Positions 59,316 through 64,000 of a DNA stretch of 64,000 nucleotides are shown one piece after another. Under the pieces are notes generated by a model. That model was not told the origin of the DNA and did not search any database. It worked only from the letters and a program-made list of their open reading frames with translations. The stretch is from positions 283,393-347,392 of the IMG/VR virus record IMGVR_UViG_3300042879_006196. One strand, 5' to 3'. Numbering within the stretch: position 1 is the first letter of the stretch; every line of letters starts with the position of its first letter. Position numbers and translations under genes: made by a program.

Positions 59316-59535
59316 AGGTATATTGTAAATGATGATGGCTCTGTTGAGTACGATTGGATGTTTGACAAAAATGCATTTTCGTTGACCATATATCCAGATG
59401 GCAAAGTAGGATATGCTTACTTGATTGGAAATATTTCTGATTGCGGTGTTTCTTATTTGGAAGATGGCAATTTGCCTGATTTTATTACAAACAAGATTCA
59501 AGAACTTTCCACACAATCTGAGCGTATAAAAATTA

Positions 59536-59706
59536 ATGAAAAAAAATCTTGTTAGTATTTTGTTGGTTTTTCTTTTTGCGCCCGCATTCATTCTCGCCTA
59601 CATGATTTTATTTGGCTTTGAACCATCAAATCCACAGTGTTTCGCCGCGTTTTTATTGTGTTTTTCTGGCGCAGTGGTTTTGTTTTGGCGGGATCAGAGT
59701 GATTAG
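59536..59706 (+). CDS. Small two-TM membrane protein (56 aa, not in track)
   Basis: MKKNLVSILLVFLFAPAF...; follows the promoter module. Confidence 0.55.
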   Translation: MKKNLVSILLVFLFAPAFILAYMILFGFEPSNPQCFAAFLLCFSGAVVLFWRDQSD

Positions 59707-60160
59707 TAAACTCGAAACCAAAACAATACTTTGTGCCGCGTTTCCTGGCACTGGCAAAACATTTATCTGTAATAATTCAAAACTAAAAGCAATTGAAGTG
59801 GAATTTTGGCAGTATGAAAGCCAAAAACAATACATTCAAGATATTAAAGCATTGATAGGTGAAGTAGATTTTGTATTCCTATCCACTGAAATAGATGGTT
59901 TACAGCTTTTGCATAATGAAGGTCTTGAAATTTTCCTTGTTTATCCTCAAAAGAATTTGAGGAATGAATATTTAGACAGATATATTGAAAGAGATAACCC
60001 ATATGATTTCATAGGCACGATGATGAAATTTTGGGACACTACTATTGAAAAACTTCAAGAGCAAAAGTATTGTAAACACTTCGTTTTAGGAAAAAATCAA
60101 TATTTGAGCGATATTCTTCATTTACTCAGTAAACCCTCCACACAATCTGAGCGTATATAA
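59699..60160 (+). CDS. P-loop-like conserved phage protein
   Basis: AAFPGTGKT; LVYP...EYLDRY..R; start uncertain. Confidence 0.6.
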   Translation: MISKLETKTILCAAFPGTGKTFICNNSKLKAIEVEFWQYESQKQYIQDIKALIGEVDFVFLSTEIDGLQLLHNEGLEIFLVYPQKNLRNEYLDRYIERDNPYDFIGTMMKFWDTTIEKLQEQKYCKHFVLGKNQYLSDILHLLSKPSTQSERI

Positions 60161-60164
60161 GACT

Positions 60165-60500
60165 ATGGGTATGTTCACAAGGATAAAAGTAAATAACAAC
60201 AAGTTTATTCAAATATATTGTGGTGGTGATATGTTGAAAACTTACGAAATTGGAGATTCCGTTCCCTATTGTTTATATGTTGAAAAAACTCGTTTTGAAT
60301 GTTTTGCTGATGGTGCTTATAAGGGTTTTTGCGAAGATAAAAATGATGACAATCATTATTGGGTGATAATTAAAAATTCAAAAGTTGAAACGGTGCTTTG
60401 CCAAAACAATATAGTTTTCGAGCGTGACGAGTATAAAAGTTTATATGAAGATACTTTGGATTTTTTGATTAAAAAATATAATTTACCACAAGTTCTGTAG
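60165..60500 (+). CDS. Hypothetical protein
   Basis: MGMF start after the promoter module. Confidence 0.6.
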   Translation: MGMFTRIKVNNNKFIQIYCGGDMLKTYEIGDSVPYCLYVEKTRFECFADGAYKGFCEDKNDDNHYWVIIKNSKVETVLCQNNIVFERDEYKSLYEDTLDFLIKKYNLPQVL

Positions 60501-60539
60501 TTTTCGAACCTTCCACACAATCTGAGCGTATAAAATAAT

Positions 60540-60794
60540 ATGCATTTGTGGTTCACTGCTTATAATCCAAAAACAAAAGAAGCATGCAATGTGTTTGTGG
60601 TTGGAAGTGCAATAGATGGTGTGTACGAGGAAGATTTGTTGAGAGCTTTTTTGACAAAAAACGTTGAGCAAGATTTAGTGCTTAGCAATAGTGACGAGCT
60701 TTTAGACCGTGTGTACGATGAAGGCGGGGTTCATCTAAACAGACTATCAATAACTGAAAAAGAAAAATATATTAAATCTGTATACAGTAATTAA
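60540..60794 (+). CDS. Hypothetical protein
   Basis: Follows the promoter module. Confidence 0.6.
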   Translation: MHLWFTAYNPKTKEACNVFVVGSAIDGVYEEDLLRAFLTKNVEQDLVLSNSDELLDRVYDEGGVHLNRLSITEKEKYIKSVYSN

Positions 60795-60887
60795 TGTTAA
60801 CAATTTCGTGGCTAGGAGGTGAAAATATAATTTACCACAAGCTCTGTAGTTTGCAACTTTCCACACAATCTGAGCGTATAAAATAAT

Positions 60888-61388
60888 ATGTCAACAAGTG
60901 CTAAAACAAATATATTCGTTGCAGTTTCCCAAAAATATTTTGAGCATTCTAAATCCGAAAAAGGTTCAGAAGTCACTAGATATGACACTATAACTGGTAA
61001 ACCTTTTCAAGTAGAAATCAAAAATGTTTCCTATAACATAGGACAATTGAACTTTCCAGATGCTGAAAATTTACTTCAAATTGAAGAAGCTTTGAATAAT
61101 GAAGAAACACCTGAGGGAAATGACTTATCCGATGGATATTTATGTTTTCTTCAAGATGATAGTCCAACATTTATAAAAATGAGTGACTATAATTATTGGG
61201 GTGATTATGATGGAGAATTTGGTATTGGTTATGAATTGTTCGGTCAATATGCCAATAGTCACTTAGAGATTGATGAATTAGATTATAATTTAATTCCAAA
61301 CTCTATTTTAAAGTTAAAGCAATGGTTCAAAGAAAATTTGAATCTAGATGTCAGTCCCACTTGCTATGTTGTTACATCTCTTGGTTAA
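60888..61388 (+). CDS. Hypothetical protein
   Basis: Follows the promoter module. Confidence 0.6.
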   Translation: MSTSAKTNIFVAVSQKYFEHSKSEKGSEVTRYDTITGKPFQVEIKNVSYNIGQLNFPDAENLLQIEEALNNEETPEGNDLSDGYLCFLQDDSPTFIKMSDYNYWGDYDGEFGIGYELFGQYANSHLEIDELDYNLIPNSILKLKQWFKENLNLDVSPTCYVVTSLG

Positions 61389-61399
61389 TTGATTTCAAA

Positions 61400-61474
61400 A
61401 ATTTCGTGGCGAGGAGGTGATTGTGCCACGTTTATGCCAGGGTGAAAAATCCCTGGCTTTTTTTTTGCAACTTT
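61400..61474 (+). terminator. SD-in-loop hairpin plus intrinsic terminator, copy 1
   Basis: CGTGGC-gAGGAGGTGATtgt-GCCACG, then GCCAGGG..CCCTGGC-T9. Confidence 0.8.
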
Positions 61475-61499
61475 TTAAACAATCTAATCGTATAGAATC

Positions 61500-61817
61500 T
61501 TGATGAAGAAATTAATCACTTTAACAGTTCTTGCCATTTCTGGCATTTCGTTGATGGCTTGTGGGATTGAAAATTCGGAAAATCCAAACGCGCAAGCGTA
61601 TTCAAATTCCACTTCTACCGTGAACCACATAGTTACACCAGGCGTCTCCTCAGCGAGTATTCCACTTCCAACCAGAAGAACTAGTACTTCAACTAGCACT
61701 CCAGCTATGAGATCAAGCGTGTCATCGTCAATGCGATCAAGTGCTCCATCTGTGAGAATGAGCACTCCAGCTCCATCTTTCAGGTCTTCTTTTAGTCCAT
61801 CTGTGAGGAGTAGATAA
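61500..61817 (+). CDS. Ser/Thr-rich lipoprotein
   Basis: LMAC lipobox, low-complexity tail. Confidence 0.6.
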   Translation: MMKKLITLTVLAISGISLMACGIENSENPNAQAYSNSTSTVNHIVTPGVSSASIPLPTRRTSTSTSTPAMRSSVSSSMRSSAPSVRMSTPAPSFRSSFSPSVRSR

Positions 61818-61818
61818 G

Positions 61819-62709
61819 ATGTTTTCAGTCATTCTTTTTCTCGCAATTATCGCTCTTGTGGTGGGTTTTGTTATGCCTTCTAAAGACGACGATGATCTTT
61901 CTGCGATTGCAAAGTGGCTCAAATCAATCTCTCTTGTCTTAATCATCTTGAGCGTATTTGGTAGTGCTTATTTCTCAGTACCTGCGGGGTACAGAGGTGT
62001 GCTGTTGAATTTCGGAGCAGTTAAGGGCGTTATGGGCGAGGGTGTGCAATTTGTCATTCCTTTTGTTCAGAAAGTAGAACTCATGGAAGTGAGAACGCAA
62101 AAAGAAGAAGCTAAAGCCGCCGCCGCGTCTAAGGACTTGCAAAATGTTAGCACCACCGTTGCTATTAACTATCACCTTAATCCTTTGCAAGTGGGTAATC
62201 TCTACAAAAACGTGGGTCTTGACTTTGCAAGTAGAATTATTGACCCTGCTACACAGGAAACCGTTAAAGCTGTAGTTGCCAATTACACTGCCGAAGAATT
62301 AATTAGGTTGAGAAGCAAAATTAAAAATGAAATTGATACTATGCTTACTGAGCGATTAAAAGCTTATGACATTGTTGTTGAAAATAACGGTGTGTCTTTG
62401 ACAAATTTCGAGTTTTCTCAAGATTTCAACAGAGCAATTGAACAAAAGCAGGTGGCACAACAATCGGCTGAAAAATCGAAGTATGAACTTCAAAAGGCTG
62501 AAATTGATGCCAAAACAGCTATTGCCAGAGCAGAGGGTGAAGCTAGATCAAACAAAATCAAGGCTGAAGCTCTCAACCAAAATGGTGGATCTAAAGTTCT
62601 TGCCAGAGAATGGATTGAGAAGTGGGATGGACATTTGCCACAAGTCTCTGCGAATGGTAACATGATGTTCAACATTGATAGTTTAATGAAGGAAGCTAAT
62701 TCCAAGTAA
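61819..62709 (+). CDS. SPFH/prohibitin (band 7) protein
   Basis: VPAGYRGV..FG, ASKDLQ, AIEQKQ, IEKWDG.LP. Confidence 0.9.
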   Translation: MFSVILFLAIIALVVGFVMPSKDDDDLSAIAKWLKSISLVLIILSVFGSAYFSVPAGYRGVLLNFGAVKGVMGEGVQFVIPFVQKVELMEVRTQKEEAKAAAASKDLQNVSTTVAINYHLNPLQVGNLYKNVGLDFASRIIDPATQETVKAVVANYTAEELIRLRSKIKNEIDTMLTERLKAYDIVVENNGVSLTNFEFSQDFNRAIEQKQVAQQSAEKSKYELQKAEIDAKTAIARAEGEARSNKIKAEALNQNGGSKVLAREWIEKWDGHLPQVSANGNMMFNIDSLMKEANSK

Positions 62710-62717
62710 GCTATAAC

Positions 62718-62794
62718 AATTTCGTGGCTAGGAGGTGATTGTGCCACGTTTGTGCCAGGGTGAAAAATCCCTGGCTTTTTTTTTTGCAACTTTT
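62718..62794 (+). terminator. SD-in-loop hairpin plus intrinsic terminator, copy 2
   Basis: Near-identical to the 61400 copy. Confidence 0.8.
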
Positions 62795-62820
62795 CCTCTC
62801 TTTGATTCGTATATATACGT

Positions 62821-63243
62821 ATGTTCACTGCAATAATGGCGAGCATACTGTTATGTAGCCAAAAATCGGTAGGACAAGGCAAGCCGCCTGTTCAAAAAGC
62901 CAAAACAAGCAATGTTTCAAAACTTGCTAATTCAAACAAACAATACAAAGCAAACTTTTTAGTTACTGCTTACTCTACTCATCCTAGCGAAAATGGTGGT
63001 TATACTATCACTTCTACAGGAAAAAAATTAGGTGAAGGTATTGTTGCTGTAGACCCAAAAGTTATCCCGATGGGAAGTAAAATTCACATACCAGGTTACG
63101 GATGGGGTGTTGCCGCTGATGTAGGTGGTGCTATTAAAGGTAGACATATTGATGTGTGTTTATCCTCGCGTGGTAGTGTAGGAAGATGGGGGCGTAAAAA
63201 GCTTAATATCACGGTTATACCGAAAACCAAAACTACCAAATAA
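62821..63243 (+). CDS. 3D-domain (MltA-like) protein
   Basis: VTAY, VAVDP.VIP.GS, ADVGGAIKG.HID. Confidence 0.9.
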   Translation: MFTAIMASILLCSQKSVGQGKPPVQKAKTSNVSKLANSNKQYKANFLVTAYSTHPSENGGYTITSTGKKLGEGIVAVDPKVIPMGSKIHIPGYGWGVAADVGGAIKGRHIDVCLSSRGSVGRWGRKKLNITVIPKTKTTK

Positions 63244-63247
63244 TAAT

Positions 63248-63275
63248 TGGGCGGTTTACCGCCCATTTTTCTTTT
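63248..63275 (+). terminator. Intrinsic terminator
   Basis: TGGGCGGT-tt-ACCGCCCA followed by T run. Confidence 0.8.
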
Positions 63276-63286
63276 ATAATTACTTT

Positions 63287-64000
63287 ATGTTTGTCGAATT
63301 ACCCAGAAATCAAACCTGTGACATCATTTTTTTAACAAATACCGCTGATGATGATGTTTTTCAAATGACAAATACAGCTATACAAAGTCTGTATGCATCG
63401 GAAGAAAATAATAATTTTCGAACTATTTTAGTAGAATCTGGTAATCAATCTTACAAATATAATGTTAATGTTACTGTGCCATACGAAGGTGATTTTAGTT
63501 ATAACAAAGCTTTAAATATGGCATTTGAACACATTGAATCAGATTGTGTTGGTGTGTTTAATAATGATGTAATTTTTACAGAGAATTGGTTTAGTTATAT
63601 GCGATATTACATGGATATTTTCAATTTGGATTCTGCCTCTCCTTGGTGTCCAATTCCCCAAGTTGGACCAAACCAAATAGCTCAACAAAAAATCCTAAGT
63701 TACCCCGATCATTCTGCAATTGTTGGGCATGAAGTATTAACAATCTTCGCTGGTTGGGGCTGGTTAATGAAGAAAGATACTTTACAAAAATTAATTCCTC
63801 AACCTGAGGATCTGACATTTTGGTTTGTAGATAATCACATGTCTCTTCAATTACAAACAATGGGGCTAAAACATGCTACTGTAACAGCAAGTAAAGTATA
63901 TCATTTGGGGCAAAAATCTTATGCTCATATATCTCCTGAAAAATTATATGCAATGACTCATGGGCTTCAGGATAAATTTGTATCGAAATGGTCAAATTGA
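63287..64000 (+). CDS. Glycosyltransferase family 2
   Basis: FSYNKALN, FNNDVIF, FWFVDN, VYHLG. Confidence 0.75.
   Translation: MFVELPRNQTCDIIFLTNTADDDVFQMTNTAIQSLYASEENNNFRTILVESGNQSYKYNVNVTVPYEGDFSYNKALNMAFEHIESDCVGVFNNDVIFTENWFSYMRYYMDIFNLDSASPWCPIPQVGPNQIAQQKILSYPDHSAIVGHEVLTIFAGWGWLMKKDTLQKLIPQPEDLTFWFVDNHMSLQLQTMGLKHATVTASKVYHLGQKSYAHISPEKLYAMTHGLQDKFVSKWSN

Larger units (their letters stand above)
57957..59555 (+). pseudogene. Small gene split by IS element 2
   Basis: 57957-57989 (MKLPIGFDEPI) joins in frame to 59316 onward (RYIVNDDGSVEYDW...). Confidence 0.7.
59507..60885 (+). repeat. Four copies of the intergenic promoter module TCCACACAATCTGAGCGTATA
   Basis: Copies near 59508, 60137, 60512 and 60860, each ending 7 nt before an ATG. 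Confidence 0.9.
1408..63549. repeat. Dispersed over-represented 9-mer ACACAATCT/AGATTGTGT
   Basis: 52 exact copies found by hand (27 plus, 25 minus). Confidence 0.9.

Noticed and set aside
59507-62794. CRISPR array
   Set aside because: Repeats are separated by whole genes of 250-900 bp rather than spacers; no cas genes.
1-64000. Stop-codon recoding as in some large phages
   Set aside because: Conserved genes are full length in code 11, and TAA, TAG and TGA all end genes at plausible positions.

Overview
AT-rich (roughly 30% GC by eye), densely coding segment of what is most likely a large (jumbo/huge) bacteriophage genome read with the standard code. Evidence: patchwork of auxiliary genes (glycosyltransferase/methyltransferase island, ahcY, purA, thyX, dNMP kinase, dinB, clpP, dnaK, nusG, two sigma factors, tmRNA, signal peptidase, GH108 lysozyme), many short ORFans, a free-standing LAGLIDADG gene and two TnpB-only IS200/IS605 elements, with no cellular operon structure. 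A Fimbriimonadia-style prepilin suggests an Armatimonadota host (inference). No capsid or terminase gene is visible, so the phage call is inferred. The strongest unexplained signals are: (1) the 9-mer ACACAATCT/AGATTGTGT occurs at least 52 times by hand count, on both strands and in all reading frames, where under 1 copy is expected, resembling an uptake/Chi-type genome-wide tag; (2) two apparent leaderless promoter classes (YGTAYA-led, and AGG-N31-start), including single palindromes that drive divergent genes, with the second class predicting a nested gene; (3) a perfect Shine-Dalgarno displayed in a hairpin loop in 3' UTRs just before a terminator; (4) a six-gene paralog array whose conserved C-terminal QIWV codons double as the next gene's RBS; (5) a DCC1-derived 42-aa graft inside the dNMP kinase; (6) an inferred ACCT TAM for the TnpB elements.
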